A stretch of 53,758 bases of DNA from positions 1 to 53,758 of the forward strand of contig JABGQL010000076.1 in assembly GCA_018648825.1 (NCBI GenBank), in the 5' to 3' direction. Shown here piece by piece: positions 1-10,653 of the stretch. The first letter of the stretch is position 1, and every line of letters starts with the position of its first letter. A program made the translations under genes and the position numbers. Source of the DNA: Gammaproteobacteria bacterium (GTDB lineage Bacteria > Pseudomonadota > Gammaproteobacteria > GCF-002020875). A model generated the notes under the pieces. The model did no database searches. It was not told the DNA's origin and saw only the letters and a list, made by a program, of their open reading frames with translations.

Positions 1-1
1 C

Positions 2-2281
2 AAGGGGCTGAACTGTATTAAAGGGTACTTCCTCTCCAAGATTATGTACGGTAAAGACCGCCTGACTCAGCCACTGCTGCGTAAGAAGAACGGCAAGTAT
101 GACAAAGAGGGTGAGTTTACCCCAGTCAGCTGGGATGAGGCCTTCGATACCATGGCCGAGAAGTGGAAGGATGCACTGAAGAAAGATCCTACCCATGTCG
201 GTATGTTCGGTTCTGGTCAGTGGACCTTGTGGGAAGGCTACGCCTCTTCCAAGCTGATGAAAGCGGGCTTCCGCTCTAACAACCTTGATCCCAATGCACG
301 TCACTGTATGGCCTCTGCCGTAGGTGCGTTTATGCGTGGCTTTGGCATTGATGAGCCGATGGGCTGTTATGATGACCTAGAGCACGCTGATGTGTTTGTA
401 CTCTGGGGCGCCAATATGGCAGAGATGCACCCGATCCTCTGGTCACGTCTCACCGACACCCGTTTGACTAAGAAGGACTGTGAGGTACACGTACTCTCTA
501 CCTATGAGCATCGTAGCTTCGAGCTGGCCGATAACGGTATGGTATTTGAACCACAGACCGACCTAGCGATTGCCAATTACATCGCCAACTACATCATTCA
601 GAACAAGGCTTACAACAAAGAGTTCGTTGATGCCCACTGTAACTTCAAGAAGACTCCACTGGATATCGGTTATGGACTGCGTCCAGAGCATCCACTAGAG
701 AAGGCGAAGACTGGTAAGGGCGGCAAGCTCTCAGGGATCACCTTTGAAGAGTATGCGAAATCTGTAGAGCCATACACTTTGGCCCACGCCTCTAAACTCT
801 CTGGTGTGCCGAAGAAGAAACTGGAGCGCCTGGCTAAAGTCTACGCAGATCCAAGTAAGAAGGTCTCTTCCTACTGGACCATGGGTATGAATCAGCACAC
901 CCGTGGTGTGTGGATGAATGGCCTGGTTTACAACATCCATCTGTTGATGGGTAAGATCTCCGAGCCAGGCAACAGCCCATTCTCTCTCACCGGTCAGCCA
1001 TCCGCCTGTGGTACAGCGCGTGAAGTGGGTACCTTTGCACACCGTCTGCCAGCAGACTTGGTGGTGAAGAAGAAGCCACACCGTGATTTTGCCGAGCAGG
1101 TCTGGAAATTGCCAGAGGGTACTATTCCAGCCAAACCAGGCTACCATGCGGTAAAACAGAACCGTATGCTGAAAGATGGCAAACTGAATGCTTACTGGGT
1201 CATGTGTAACAACAACGCACAGGCTGCGGCCAACTTCAATGAAGAGACTTATCCGGGCTACCGTAACCCAGCCAACTTCATCACCGTATCCGACCCTTAT
1301 CCAACCGTATCTGCAATGGCTGCGGATCTGATTCTGCCAACGGCAATGTGGATTGAGAAGGAAGGCGCGTACGGTAATGCAGAGCGTCGTACTCAGTTCT
1401 GGCGTCAGCAGGTGCAGGCACCTGGTGAATCTAAATCTGATATGTGGCAGCTGATGGAGTTCGCCAAGCGCTTCCAGATTGAAGAGGTATGGCCTGCTGA
1501 ACTATTGGCGAAGAAGCCAGAGTATGCTGGTCAATCGCTTTATCAAGTGCTGTATGAGAATGGTCAGGTCAACGCCTACCCCGTAGAAGAGGTGAAGGAT
1601 AGCGAAGGCAACGTCTATGATAATGACGAGTCCAAGCACTTCGGTTACTACGTACAGAAGGGGATGTTCGAAGAGTATCGTATGTTTAACTCTGCCGATA
1701 ACATCATCAAGAAGGGTCATGAGATGGCTCCATTCCAGAAATACCATGAGGCACGCGGTATGCGCTGGCCGGTGATTGACGGTAAGGAGACCCTGTGGCG
1801 CTTCCGTGAGGGCTACGACCCACACGTGAAGAAAGGCGCGGGTGTGCAGTTCTATGGTAAGCCAGACGGTAAGGCCAACATCATTACTGCCCCTTATGAG
1901 CCAGCTGCTGAGAGTCCAGATAAAGAGTTTGATATGTGGCTCTCTACCGGTCGTGTACTGGAGCACTGGCATTCAGGTTCTATGACCCGTCGTGTACCTG
2001 AGCTATACAAGGCAGTTCCTGATGCGGTGATCTATATGCATCCTAAAGATGCGAAGAAGCGTAAGCTGCGTCGTGGCAAATTCGCCAAGGTGATCAGCCG
2101 TCGCGGTGAAATCATGGCACGTGTTGAGACCAAGGGCCGTAACAAGCCACCAGAGGGGCTGATATTTGTGCCTTGGTTCGATGCAGGGCGTTTGATCAAC
2201 AAGGTAACTTTGGATGCGACAGATCCTCTCTCGAAAGAGACGGATTATAAGAAGTGCGCAGTTAAAGTGGTCAAGGCATAA
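2..2281 (+). CDS. napA: Periplasmic nitrate reductase catalytic subunit NapA (Mo-bisMGD), 5'-truncated by the window edge
   Basis: The reading frame is open from base 2 ([21 protein letters not shown]...). It has the length and conserved blocks of the molybdopterin oxidoreductase NapA family and is followed directly by napB and napC. Confidence 0.95.
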   Translation, partial: KGLNCIKGYFLSKIMYGKDRLTQPLLRKKNGKYDKEGEFTPVSWDEAFDTMAEKWKDALKKDPTHVGMFGSGQWTLWEGYASSKLMKAGFRSNNLDPNARHCMASAVGAFMRGFGIDEPMGCYDDLEHADVFVLWGANMAEMHPILWSRLTDTRLTKKDCEVHVLSTYEHRSFELADNGMVFEPQTDLAIANYIANYIIQNKAYNKEFVDAHCNFKKTPLDIGYGLRPEHPLEKAKTGKGGKLSGITFEEYAKSVEPYTLAHASKLSGVPKKKLERLAKVYADPSKKVSSYWTMGMNQHTRGVWMNGLVYNIHLLMGKISEPGNSPFSLTGQPSACGTAREVGTFAHRLPADLVVKKKPHRDFAEQVWKLPEGTIPAKPGYHAVKQNRMLKDGKLNAYWVMCNNNAQAAANFNEETYPGYRNPANFITVSDPYPTVSAMAADLILPTAMWIEKEGAYGNAERRTQFWRQQVQAPGESKSDMWQLMEFAKRFQIEEVWPAELLAKKPEYAGQSLYQVLYENGQVNAYPVEEVKDSEGNVYDNDESKHFGYYVQKGMFEEYRMFNSADNIIKKGHEMAPFQKYHEARGMRWPVIDGKETLWRFREGYDPHVKKGAGVQFYGKPDGKANIITAPYEPAAESPDKEFDMWLSTGRVLEHWHSGSMTRRVPELYKAVPDAVIYMHPKDAKKRKLRRGKFAKVISRRGEIMARVETKGRNKPPEGLIFVPWFDAGRLINKVTLDATDPLSKETDYKKCAVKVVKA

Positions 2282-2298
2282 CGGAGAGGAGAAACGAT

Positions 2299-2739
2299 AT
2301 GAAAAAGACAATGCATGCAATGGTTGGGGTTGTTCTCTCCTTCTTTGTGGTGGGTGCCGTATCAGCAGGCGATGTGGCCTCGTTGCGCGGAGCTTCAGAC
2401 TTAACCACCAAGGCGGTCAAGACCAAAAAGGCCAAACTGGAGAAGGTCTCTGGTGGGTTTGAACGGACTTGGGCTGAACAGCCTCCGATGGTGCCGCATG
2501 AGGTAGATAAATACCGCATCAGTATCAAAAACAATGGCTGTTTGAAGTGCCACGGTGCCAAGACCTACGAGAAAGAGAAATCACCCAAGGTGGGTGATAG
2601 CCACTTCCTCACTCGTGATGACAAGCGTTTAGAGAAGGTCTCTAGCCGTCGCTGGTTCTGTACGCAGTGCCATGCACCGCAGATGAGCCTGACACCGCTG
2701 GTATCCAATACCTTTGAAACGGTAGGTCGTTCTAAGTAA
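2299..2739 (+). CDS. napB: Nitrate reductase diheme cytochrome c subunit NapB
   Basis: 146 aa with a signal peptide and two CxxCH haem motifs (CLKCH, CTQCH). It starts 18 nt after napA, with a GGAGAGGAG RBS. Confidence 0.9.
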   Translation: MKKTMHAMVGVVLSFFVVGAVSAGDVASLRGASDLTTKAVKTKKAKLEKVSGGFERTWAEQPPMVPHEVDKYRISIKNNGCLKCHGAKTYEKEKSPKVGDSHFLTRDDKRLEKVSSRRWFCTQCHAPQMSLTPLVSNTFETVGRSK

Positions 2740-2751
2740 AAAAGTGAGTAT

Positions 2752-2786
2752 ATGGGCGGAGGCAGAAATGTCTTCGCCCATTTTTT
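2752..2786 (+). terminator. Rho-independent terminator-like hairpin after napB
   Basis: The atgggcgga / ttcgcccat stem is followed by a T6 run. Confidence 0.55.
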
Positions 2787-2850
2787 AGGTGAATCAGATA
2801 AAATAGTGAATGGATTTCACTACATTAAAAGCTAAGGGATGAATTGATCA

Positions 2851-3408
2851 ATGAAATTACTACTTATCGGTGGTGTACTGGGTATTATTTTCTGGGGTGG
2901 TTTTAATACCGCAATGGAATTGACCAACAATGAGGCGTTCTGTATCTCTTGTCATGAGATGGAAGAGAATGTCTATCAGGAGTACACAAGTACTATCCAC
3001 TACTCCAACCGTACTGGTGTACGTGCGACCTGTCCAGATTGCCACGTGCCCAAAGAGTGGATCCATAAGGTGATCCGTAAGATTAAGGCTTCCAACGAGG
3101 TCTACCACAAGATTCTGGGTACCATCGATACCCCCGAGAAGTTTGAGGCCAAGCGTATGCAGCTGGCACAGAACGTCTGGAAAACGATGAAAGAGACCGA
3201 CTCCCGCGAGTGTCGTAACTGTCACTCCTTCGAGTTTATGGATTTCGACCGTCAGGAAGAGCGCAGCTCTGATCGTCATGATGAGGCGATTGAGAGTCGT
3301 GACCCAGATAATCCTGAGACACACGGTAATGGCAAGACCTGTATCGACTGCCATAAGGGTATTGCACATAAGCTACCCGAAGGGTATGACCCTTCCGAGG
3401 AGCAGTAA
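2851..3408 (+). CDS. napC: NapC/NirT-family tetraheme cytochrome c quinol dehydrogenase
   Basis: 185 aa with an N-terminal TM helix and four CxxCH motifs (CISCH, CPDCH, CRNCH, CIDCH). Confidence 0.9.
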   Translation: MKLLLIGGVLGIIFWGGFNTAMELTNNEAFCISCHEMEENVYQEYTSTIHYSNRTGVRATCPDCHVPKEWIHKVIRKIKASNEVYHKILGTIDTPEKFEAKRMQLAQNVWKTMKETDSRECRNCHSFEFMDFDRQEERSSDRHDEAIESRDPDNPETHGNGKTCIDCHKGIAHKLPEGYDPSEEQ

Positions 3409-3419
3409 GGATTAGAAGT

Positions 3420-3452
3420 CTCAGTTGACCTTTTTAACAAAGGTCAACTGAG
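3420..3452 (+). other. Perfect 14-bp stem / 5-nt loop hairpin between napC and napG
   Basis: ctcagttgaccttt-ttaac-aaaggtcaactgag. No T-run follows, so it is not a classic terminator. Confidence 0.6.
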
Positions 3453-3528
3453 CAAGTTTGAGAGGAGGGTAACCGACCGACATCCCTGCTATTCTGTTGG
3501 GGTGTCTGCATAGATTAGGAGTGGATCG

Positions 3529-4326
3529 GTGCCACAGAAAAGTAAGCTAGGTCGCAGAGAGTTTCTGACTCAAGGCGGAAAAATGGTCGGCGGGCTCGCC
3601 TTGTTGGGAGCAGCCATTGGTGGATATGGCAAACAGGCGGCATCCATGCCGGCCTATGCACTGCGCCCCCCTGGCGCACTGCCAGAGCAGGACTTCCTCG
3701 GAGCCTGTGTGCGTTGTGGCCTCTGCGTTAAAGATTGCCCCTACGATATTCTTCATCTTGCTGAATGGCAGGAGGAGGTCGCGCTGGGTACTCCCTACTT
3801 TATTGCTCGTGATATCCCGTGTGAGATGTGTGAAGACATCCCCTGTGTACGCAACTGTCCAACCGGAGCGCTAGATCGCGAGATGGAGGATATTGAGCAG
3901 GCAGAGATGGGGGTTGCAGTGCTGGTGGATCAAGAGACCTGCCTCAACATGTTGGGACTGCGTTGCGATATCTGTTATCAGGTCTGTCCGGTGCTGGATA
4001 AGGCGATCACACTGGAGTTGTCGCATAACACCCGTACCAATGTACATGCCAAATTTGAGCCTACAGTCCACTCTGAGCACTGTACGGGCTGTGGCAAGTG
4101 TGAGCATGGCTGTCCGCTACCGATAGCCGCAATTAAAGTGTTGCCGCAAAGTCTGGCGAAGGGGCAGGCAGGAGAGCACTACCGCTTGGGTTGGGAAGAG
4201 AAAGAGGCTGCAGGAGAGGCGCTGGTAGCGCCAGACGTGGCGCATGAGTTTAATCTGCCTGAAGGGTTCCAGTATGACCTGCTCGGTGGTGGTCTCAGTG
4301 GCCCCGGTGTGAAGGGGGGTAAATAG
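3529..4326 (+). CDS. napG: Ferredoxin-type protein NapG (Tat-exported poly-[4Fe-4S])
   Basis: GTG start preceded by AGGAG. It has a twin-arginine signal (RREFL) and four CxxCxxC...CP clusters. Confidence 0.85.
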   Translation: MPQKSKLGRREFLTQGGKMVGGLALLGAAIGGYGKQAASMPAYALRPPGALPEQDFLGACVRCGLCVKDCPYDILHLAEWQEEVALGTPYFIARDIPCEMCEDIPCVRNCPTGALDREMEDIEQAEMGVAVLVDQETCLNMLGLRCDICYQVCPVLDKAITLELSHNTRTNVHAKFEPTVHSEHCTGCGKCEHGCPLPIAAIKVLPQSLAKGQAGEHYRLGWEEKEAAGEALVAPDVAHEFNLPEGFQYDLLGGGLSGPGVKGGK

Positions 4327-4328
4327 TC

Positions 4329-5168
4329 ATGGCACGACAACCTATTGGTGAGGCGGCTCTGGAACAGAAAGGGTGGTTGCGTAGCAACCTCTGGTTGATT
4401 CTGCGTCGCATTTCACAGCTCTCTATTATCGCCCTGTTTATCTATGCACCGCTGTGGTTGGTGAAGGGAAACCTCGCCTCCAATCTGGTATTGGAGACGG
4501 TGCCGTTGACCGATCCATTCCTCTATCTACAAACGGTTTTTGCAGGGCAAGCCTTTGAGGTGACCGCGCTGATCGGTGCGGCCATTGTGGTGCTCTTCTA
4601 TCTGCTGGTGGGTGGTCGCGCCTACTGCTCTTGGGTCTGCCCAGTGAATGTAGTGACCGACAGTGCGGGTTGGTTGCGGCGTAAATTCAAGATCAAGAAG
4701 AAGTGTGATCTCTCCCCTTCACTGCGTTACTGGGTTTTGGGGCTGGTTATGGTGATCTCCTATTTGGGGGGGAATATGCTGTGGGAGCTGGTTAACCCCG
4801 TGACCCTGTTACAGCGTGGTCTGATCTACGGTATGGGGATGGGGTGGATTGTGGTTGCTGCCATCTTTCTCTACGACCTACTCTGGGCGCGTAATGGCTG
4901 GTGTGGGCACCTCTGTCCGATGGGGGCCTTCTACAGTCTGATTAACCGCTTTAGCTGGTTGCGGGTAAAGGCCAAAAATCGAGAGGGGTGTGATGATTGT
5001 ATGGACTGCTTTGCGGTCTGCCCAGAGCCACAGGTGATTCGTCCTGCGCTCAAGGGTGAGAACGGACACGGCATTGTCATTGATCAGTCGCTCTGTACCA
5101 ACTGCGGCCGCTGTATTGATATTTGTGGGCCGGATGTATTTGCTTACGGCTCTCGTTTTAATAAATAG
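4329..5168 (+). CDS. napH: Membrane quinol dehydrogenase ferredoxin subunit NapH
   Basis: Four TM segments, CxxCP motifs, and two C-terminal 4Fe-4S motifs (CDDCMDCFAVCP, CTNCGRCIDIC). It starts 3 nt after napG. Confidence 0.85.
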   Translation: MARQPIGEAALEQKGWLRSNLWLILRRISQLSIIALFIYAPLWLVKGNLASNLVLETVPLTDPFLYLQTVFAGQAFEVTALIGAAIVVLFYLLVGGRAYCSWVCPVNVVTDSAGWLRRKFKIKKKCDLSPSLRYWVLGLVMVISYLGGNMLWELVNPVTLLQRGLIYGMGMGWIVVAAIFLYDLLWARNGWCGHLCPMGAFYSLINRFSWLRVKAKNREGCDDCMDCFAVCPEPQVIRPALKGENGHGIVIDQSLCTNCGRCIDICGPDVFAYGSRFNK

Positions 5169-5255
5169 TAGAAAACCCGTATAATGAACGAATCGTTATC
5201 TAGTGATATAAGGCTGTTTTAGATGGGTATGGCAACTCAGGTTTAGTAAGAACGT

Positions 5256-5468
5256 ATGGATCAACAAAAAATCGACCGGGCGCTGGAGATCGTAGGACAG
5301 ATGGGCTGCGAGAAAACGCGTGAGATTATTCGCCAGTTGGAGGCAGGGGAGGAGGTTCCCCCTTGCGACAAACTCTCTGTTGATGAGTGTCGCGCTATGC
5401 TGAATGAGTTGAAAGAGGTGATGTCAGTTTATGGCGAGGAGTGCTGTCCGGTGCCGATAGCCTCTTAG
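5256..5468 (+). CDS. Small (70 aa) acidic cysteine-containing protein of unknown function
   Basis: Clean ATG ORF in the gap between napH and the chemoreceptor. It has five Cys, including a C-terminal CC(P) pair. I did not recognise the family. Confidence 0.45.
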   Translation: MDQQKIDRALEIVGQMGCEKTREIIRQLEAGEEVPPCDKLSVDECRAMLNELKEVMSVYGEECCPVPIAS

Positions 5469-5644
5469 AAATCACAGGGCTGAGCCAATGTATCTGCTTG
5501 ATAAAGGCTATTACTCAAATTAGGTACGGAGTATGATGGTCTTAGTCTCTCATACAGAGATAGATAAACGGTGCCAGCATGCTGTAGTCGACCTACTTGG
5601 TTGGCTGCTTTGAGCACTTAAACATGCTTGATTTGGGAAATAAA

Positions 5645-7735
5645 ATGAACCTTTCTAATCTGAATTTGATGCATAAGATGTTCCTGCTTATTGGAACCGT
5701 ATGTACCCTGTTGATTGTTGTGCTATTGGTCATTTCGACTCAGGTTGGCAATGTGCTTCAATATGTTGAGCAGTCTCAAAATGAGAGTGTCCCCTTTGCT
5801 ATGATGGCCAAAGGGATGGATAAGAGTGTTGTTGAGGTTCAGCAGTGGCTTACTGATATTTCTGCTACACGCGCACTGGATGGCCTGAATGATGGATTTG
5901 ATGAGGCAGAGATATCGAGACAGGGCTTTCTTAAGGGGGCTTCAGATTTTCGAAAAATGTACCAGCTGGAAAGCGATACAACAGCCTTGCAGCGTCTGGA
6001 TGAGTTAGAGCAGGCTTTTGAAGCGTGGTACCAAGCGGGCCAAGAGATGGCAAATGCCTATATTGAAGGTGGGCCTGCTCTGGGTAACCCGCTAATGGGA
6101 GCCTTCGATGAAACGGCTGTTCAGCTCTCAGAGCTGTTAGGCCCCTTTGTAGAGGAGCAGCTAGAAGAGTCTAATGAGATGTTAAATCTCACGCGTCTGG
6201 CTGTGACATCGATGCAAAATACAACCATCTTGATCTTTGTGATGACCATCATCATCGCTATCATTATTGGGCTGTTGATTGCGCGGAACATTGTCTCTTC
6301 TGTACTCAAATTACAAAATGTGATGTCGAAGGTGAGGCACTCCGGTGAGTTCCAGCACCGCGTTGAGTTGTCAGGCCGTGATGAAATTATGCGTATGGGT
6401 CGAGCATTTAATGAGCTGTTAGAAAATATGCAAACAGCGATTCATGAGAGCAATCAGGTTGTTGGTGCTGTTGCTCGTGGAGAGTTTGATAAACGTATGA
6501 CATCAGAGCTGAAAGGTGATTTGAAGATCCTAAAAGAGGGGGTCAATGGCTCAGCAGAAAGTGTTGATTTTATGATGGGTGAGCTGGGTAAGGTGATGGA
6601 TGCCCTGTATAACGGAGATTTTGAGTCGCGGATGGACCATAGAGTTGCGGCAGCATTCCGTGATAAAACGGAAAATGCACTGAATGCGATCAGCGGGACA
6701 ATAGTAGGCATTATTACCGTAATGGAGAAAATGGAGGCTGGAAAATTTCAGCACCGTGTCACAGCCAATGCACGGGGGGACCTGCTCAAGCTAAAAGAGT
6801 GTGTCAACGGATCGATGAATGTGCTTGAAGGGGCGATGAAAGATATTACGGATGTGGTCGTTGCACAGAGTGAAGGGGATTTGACACAAACCATAAACAA
6901 CCACTACCAAGGACAACTCCAGGTACTGAAAGAGGCCATCATCAGCTCGTCAGAGAAGCTAAATGGCACTGTATCTACGATTCTTGAGGTGTCAGACTCT
7001 GTGGCGAGTGCCTCCTCACAAGTATCAGAGGGATCAGAGGATTTGAGCCAGCGGACACATGAGCAATCTACTCTGCTGGAGGAGACCACAGCATCTATGG
7101 AACAGATGACAGCCACGGTGCAACAGAATACTGGTGCGGCACAACAGGCTAACCAGTTGTCACTAAACGCCAGCAGAGCGGCAGAGGCAGGTGCATCTAT
7201 AGCAGGGCAAGCAGTTGAGGCGATGAAAGACATTACCGAATCCAGCCAGAAGATTGGCGACATCATCACCTTGATCGATAGCATCGCCTTTCAAACCAAT
7301 CTTCTTGCACTAAACGCTGCAGTAGAGGCCGCTCGTGCAGGCGAACAAGGGAAAGGCTTTGCAGTGGTTGCAGGGGAGGTACGTGCACTGGCGCAGAAAT
7401 CAGCGGGGGCCTCACGAGATATTAAAGCGTTGATCGAAAATTCTGTATCCACTGTTGATAGGGGGGCTAAGTACGTCTCTGAGACAGGGGGCTCTCTGCA
7501 AGAGATTAACGAGTCGATTCAGAAGGTAAATGAGATTATTTCTGAGATCGCTACGGCAACTGCAGAGCAGGGCAGTGGTATTGAGCAAGTGAATAGCGCC
7601 GTTGCGAATATGGATAAGATGACACAGCAAAACTCCACCTTGGTGGAGGAGACATCAGAGGCTTCACACTCCTTGAGCAGTCAGGCGAACCATTTGAAAG
7701 GGTTGATGGAGTTCTTTGTTACCACGCAACGCTAA
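5645..7735 (+). CDS. Methyl-accepting chemotaxis protein with a poly-HAMP array
   Basis: Two TM helices flank a periplasmic domain of about 160 aa. About five tandem HAMP-like units follow (GEFQHRV..., GEFDKRM..., GDFESRM..., GKFQHRV..., GDLTQTI...). The MA signalling domain is canonical ([37 protein letters not shown]). I chose the start at the internal ATG at 5645. Confidence 0.9.
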   Translation: MNLSNLNLMHKMFLLIGTVCTLLIVVLLVISTQVGNVLQYVEQSQNESVPFAMMAKGMDKSVVEVQQWLTDISATRALDGLNDGFDEAEISRQGFLKGASDFRKMYQLESDTTALQRLDELEQAFEAWYQAGQEMANAYIEGGPALGNPLMGAFDETAVQLSELLGPFVEEQLEESNEMLNLTRLAVTSMQNTTILIFVMTIIIAIIIGLLIARNIVSSVLKLQNVMSKVRHSGEFQHRVELSGRDEIMRMGRAFNELLENMQTAIHESNQVVGAVARGEFDKRMTSELKGDLKILKEGVNGSAESVDFMMGELGKVMDALYNGDFESRMDHRVAAAFRDKTENALNAISGTIVGIITVMEKMEAGKFQHRVTANARGDLLKLKECVNGSMNVLEGAMKDITDVVVAQSEGDLTQTINNHYQGQLQVLKEAIISSSEKLNGTVSTILEVSDSVASASSQVSEGSEDLSQRTHEQSTLLEETTASMEQMTATVQQNTGAAQQANQLSLNASRAAEAGASIAGQAVEAMKDITESSQKIGDIITLIDSIAFQTNLLALNAAVEAARAGEQGKGFAVVAGEVRALAQKSAGASRDIKALIENSVSTVDRGAKYVSETGGSLQEINESIQKVNEIISEIATATAEQGSGIEQVNSAVANMDKMTQQNSTLVEETSEASHSLSSQANHLKGLMEFFVTTQR

Positions 7736-7741
7736 TAAGCA

Positions 7742-8542
7742 TTACAGGTACTGAGACCAATTCCGCTCCCCTTTTCCAAATACGAAAAAATGCGGGTTGA
7801 GTAGTGAATCCTTGGTGTTGTAGCGTAAGGGCTGCATTGCTGTATCGGTGAGTTGGCCTCCGGCCTCTTCTACGACGCATTGCGCCGCTGCGGTATCCCA
7901 CTCTGAGGTGGGGCCAAGTCGTGGATAGAGGTCGGCTTGCCCCTCAGCCACCAGACAAGATTTTAGTGAGCTTCCCATTGGAAAAATGCGATGGGTCCCA
8001 ATTTTATCAAGAAAATCGGTAATAATTTCACTCTGGTGAGAGCGGCTTCCCGCGACCACCAACTGCTCTTCTGAAGGAGTACGAACATGGATCTGCTCAA
8101 CAGCTTGTTCAGGTAGCCGCTTCCATGCCCCCCCCTCACGCCAAGCGTAGTAGAGGATGCCATTCACAGGTACTTGAATTACTCCAAGGATTGGCTCGTG
8201 ATTCTCAATCAGCGCGATATTAACGGTAAACTCACCGTTGCGTTTGATGAACTCGCGGGTGCCATCCAGTGGATCAATTAACCAGTAGCGTGACCACTGT
8301 TGTCGCTCCTCAAACGGGATCGATGTTGACTCTTCAGAGAGGACGGGGATATTTGGAGTCAGTTTTTCCAACCCTTCAGTGATGGTGTTATGCGCAGCAA
8401 GATCAGCATCGGTGAGTGGGGTGTTGTCCTCTTTGTCGGTGATTGAGAAGCCCGCTTCATAGATCTCCAAAATACTCTTGCCAGCAGACTCTGCCAGTGC
8501 GATTACTGGGGCGATCAGCGCCTCTAATTCAGTTGTGTTCAT
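7742..8542 (-). CDS. cysQ: 3'(2'),5'-bisphosphate nucleotidase CysQ
   Basis: Inositol monophosphatase-fold motifs (WLIDPLDGT, WDTAA). 266 aa. Confidence 0.9.
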   Translation of the reverse strand: MNTTELEALIAPVIALAESAGKSILEIYEAGFSITDKEDNTPLTDADLAAHNTITEGLEKLTPNIPVLSEESTSIPFEERQQWSRYWLIDPLDGTREFIKRNGEFTVNIALIENHEPILGVIQVPVNGILYYAWREGGAWKRLPEQAVEQIHVRTPSEEQLVVAGSRSHQSEIITDFLDKIGTHRIFPMGSSLKSCLVAEGQADLYPRLGPTSEWDTAAAQCVVEEAGGQLTDTAMQPLRYNTKDSLLNPHFFVFGKGERNWSQYL

Positions 8543-9099
8543 TGCTGTTGTCTCTCTCGTACCATAAACAGGGCGGCAATTGAACGTGCCTCCGTCATTT
8601 CAGGGTGGGCCAGTAGTGAGCTGAGTTCGCTCAGCTTCCAGGGGATCACCTCCACCTCTTCTGGTTCATCGCCCTCCAGCCGCTGTTCATAGAGCTCTTC
8701 GCCGAGCACAATATGTGTGGTGTGGCTGAGATAGCCGGGGGCAATGGTGACTGAGTCAAGGTGTGTCAGGCGCTTAGCACCATAGCCCACCTCCTCCATC
8801 ATTTCACGATTGGCGGCATCCAGCGTTGACTCGCCAGGGTCAATTTTCCCTTTCGGCAAGGCCAGCTCATAACGCTCAACACCTGCAGCATATTCACGAA
8901 TGAGCAGCACTGTATCCTCATCCAGCATTGGCACAATCAGCACTGCGCCGCGTGAAGAGCCCTTGAGTCGCTCCCACTGCGCCTCCACGCCATTAGAAAA
9001 GCGTAGGTCAATCGACTCTACGGTAAATAGACGACTTTGGGCGCAGACCTCAGTCTTTAGCACCTGCGGCGGTTTTCTTTCTGGATTCACCCTTTCCAT
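8539..9099 (-). CDS. nudE: NUDIX hydrolase, NudE-like ADP-compound hydrolase
   Basis: 186 aa with a Nudix box (GKIDPGESTLDAANREMMEEVGY). It has a 4-nt overlap with cysQ and is divergent from yrfG, as in enterobacteria. Confidence 0.8.
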   Translation of the reverse strand: MERVNPERKPPQVLKTEVCAQSRLFTVESIDLRFSNGVEAQWERLKGSSRGAVLIVPMLDEDTVLLIREYAAGVERYELALPKGKIDPGESTLDAANREMMEEVGYGAKRLTHLDSVTIAPGYLSHTTHIVLGEELYEQRLEGDEPEEVEVIPWKLSELSSLLAHPEMTEARSIAALFMVRERQQQ

Positions 9100-9118
9100 A
9101 GCGGTATCCTACCGCACT

Positions 9119-9781
9119 ATGGTCGATTGGTCACAAATCAAAACCGTTCTCCTCGATATGGACGGTACGCTGCTGGATCTTCATTTCGATAACCATTTTT
9201 GGTTAGAGCATGTGCCGATGCGCTATGCAGAGAAGAATGCGCTCTCACTGGATGTAGCGAAAGAGGAGCTGTTCAACCGCTACAAGGCGATTGAGGGGAC
9301 CATTGAATGGTATTGCGTTGACCACTGGAGCAGAGAGTTGGAGCTGGATATAGTCCAACTCAAAGAGGAGGTCCACCACCTGATCGCCGAGCATCCCCAT
9401 GTGCGAGATTTTTTGGATGCAGTACGTCAGTCGGGGCGACGTGCGGTGCTGGTAACCAACGCTCATGGGAAAAGTCTTGACCTGAAGATGCGTAAAACAG
9501 AGCTTGGCCCCTATCTCGATGCCACACTCTGCTCGCATGACTTTGGTCTGCCCAAAGAGCAGCCACAGTTCTGGGAGAAGTTGCAGGGCGCAGAAACATA
9601 CGATCCAGCGACGACCTTACTGGTGGATGATAGCCTTAATGTGCTGCGCTCTGCGCAGACCTATGGCATTCAACACCTGTTGGCGGTGCATCAGCCGGAT
9701 ACGAAAAACCCTCCGAAAGATGTAGAGGGCTTTGAAGCGATTCACCACTTCAAAGAGCTGCTGCCGATACCTCCACTATAA
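9119..9781 (+). CDS. yrfG: HAD-family hydrolase, YrfG-like GMP/IMP nucleotidase
   Basis: The DMDGTL HAD motif I sits right after the internal ATG at 9119. The longer ORF from 8900 overlaps nudE and has no coding character. Confidence 0.8.
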   Translation: MVDWSQIKTVLLDMDGTLLDLHFDNHFWLEHVPMRYAEKNALSLDVAKEELFNRYKAIEGTIEWYCVDHWSRELELDIVQLKEEVHHLIAEHPHVRDFLDAVRQSGRRAVLVTNAHGKSLDLKMRKTELGPYLDATLCSHDFGLPKEQPQFWEKLQGAETYDPATTLLVDDSLNVLRSAQTYGIQHLLAVHQPDTKNPPKDVEGFEAIHHFKELLPIPPL

Positions 9782-9818
9782 AAGGTATCTCTATTGTTTG
9801 TGTAAGCGGCACAGCGTG

Positions 9819-9977
9819 CTATCTCGAATCGATCATCTCCACTCGACCACTCACTCTGGCGGACCTCTCTTCAAAAGTGCCTGATGTTGAAGACATGAGC
9901 TGAGAAAACAGAAATACCAGTCCAATCAACAGGATGACCCAGATAAGAGGGGGGATATCTTTAGCATAGTAGTTCAT
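9819..9977 (-). CDS. Possible 52-aa single-TM small protein (below the ORF-track cutoff)
   Basis: MNYYAKDIPPLIWVILLIGLVFLFSQLMSS..., with a GAGG sequence 8 nt upstream of the ATG. It lies in the AT-rich gap. Confidence 0.25.
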   Translation of the reverse strand: MNYYAKDIPPLIWVILLIGLVFLFSQLMSSTSGTFEERSARVSGRVEMIDSR

Positions 9978-10233
9978 AGGTATACCTCGATTTTTATGCT
10001 CCCTCTATCCTGATACTAGGTGAACTTACTTAAAACTCAAGTGGGGAAGCGTTGATGTTCGATCGGCTCCAGATGTTTGTCTACTCAAAAACGATTAATA
10101 TATCCATTCCTGATCAATATGTTTGAAGCCAAGGTTGTTGTTTGAACCTGTATATAGAGCTGTTTGGCTGTGATTTTTTAAGCGCAGCAACATGAATGAT
10201 GAATCCATACACTGAAATCAAAAGGCTTAAAGA

Positions 10234-10653
10234 ATGAATGCCACCGTAATAACCGCGACTCTAGTTTTAGCGCTATCTTTCACAATAACGTTTGATGAGG
10301 CCCACAGTGTCACCCCAGAGCCCCCTGCCGTTGTTGTTGAGGGTTCAATACCGAACAGCCTTGAAGAGGTGTCGATCAAGGGGGGTAGTGATCAAGAGGG
10401 GGAGTCAAACGCCACTGGTTCACAAAAAGGGTATGCCTATATCCACTTCTCTGTATTCGGTTTTGAAAGATCGTTAACCGATCTCGCATCAAAATTAACG
10501 CTGGAGATTGACTACAAAGTGGTTGAGGATGGATGGTTTCAAGACAAAGCTGAGTACACTGTAACGGGCAAAGTTGTGGATATAGAGAAGTTCTACAGCA
10601 CGATCCAACCTTATTCTGAGAAATTTCAGCTAGAGAAAGAGCCGCTAAACTAA
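10234..10653 (+). CDS. Hypothetical secreted protein (139 aa)
   Basis: Hydrophobic N-terminal signal-like segment. No motif recognised. It lies in an AT-rich intergenic islet. Confidence 0.5.
   Translation: MNATVITATLVLALSFTITFDEAHSVTPEPPAVVVEGSIPNSLEEVSIKGGSDQEGESNATGSQKGYAYIHFSVFGFERSLTDLASKLTLEIDYKVVEDGWFQDKAEYTVTGKVVDIEKFYSTIQPYSEKFQLEKEPLN

Noticed and set aside
731-2561. Multiple 60-156-aa antisense or off-frame ORFs inside napA and napB (for example 731-1147, 1502-1972, 2003-2320, 2214-2462, 2271-2561)
   Set aside because: They lie entirely within strongly supported coding regions. They have low-complexity or odd composition and no RBS or motifs, so they are typical shadow ORFs. The same reasoning applies to similar track ORFs inside every other confident gene in the window.
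8900-9118. N-terminal extension of the yrfG-like ORF
   Set aside because: The extension overlaps the nudE coding sequence in antisense, is Ser/Thr-rich nonsense, and the HAD motif I (DMDGT) begins right after the internal ATG at 9119.
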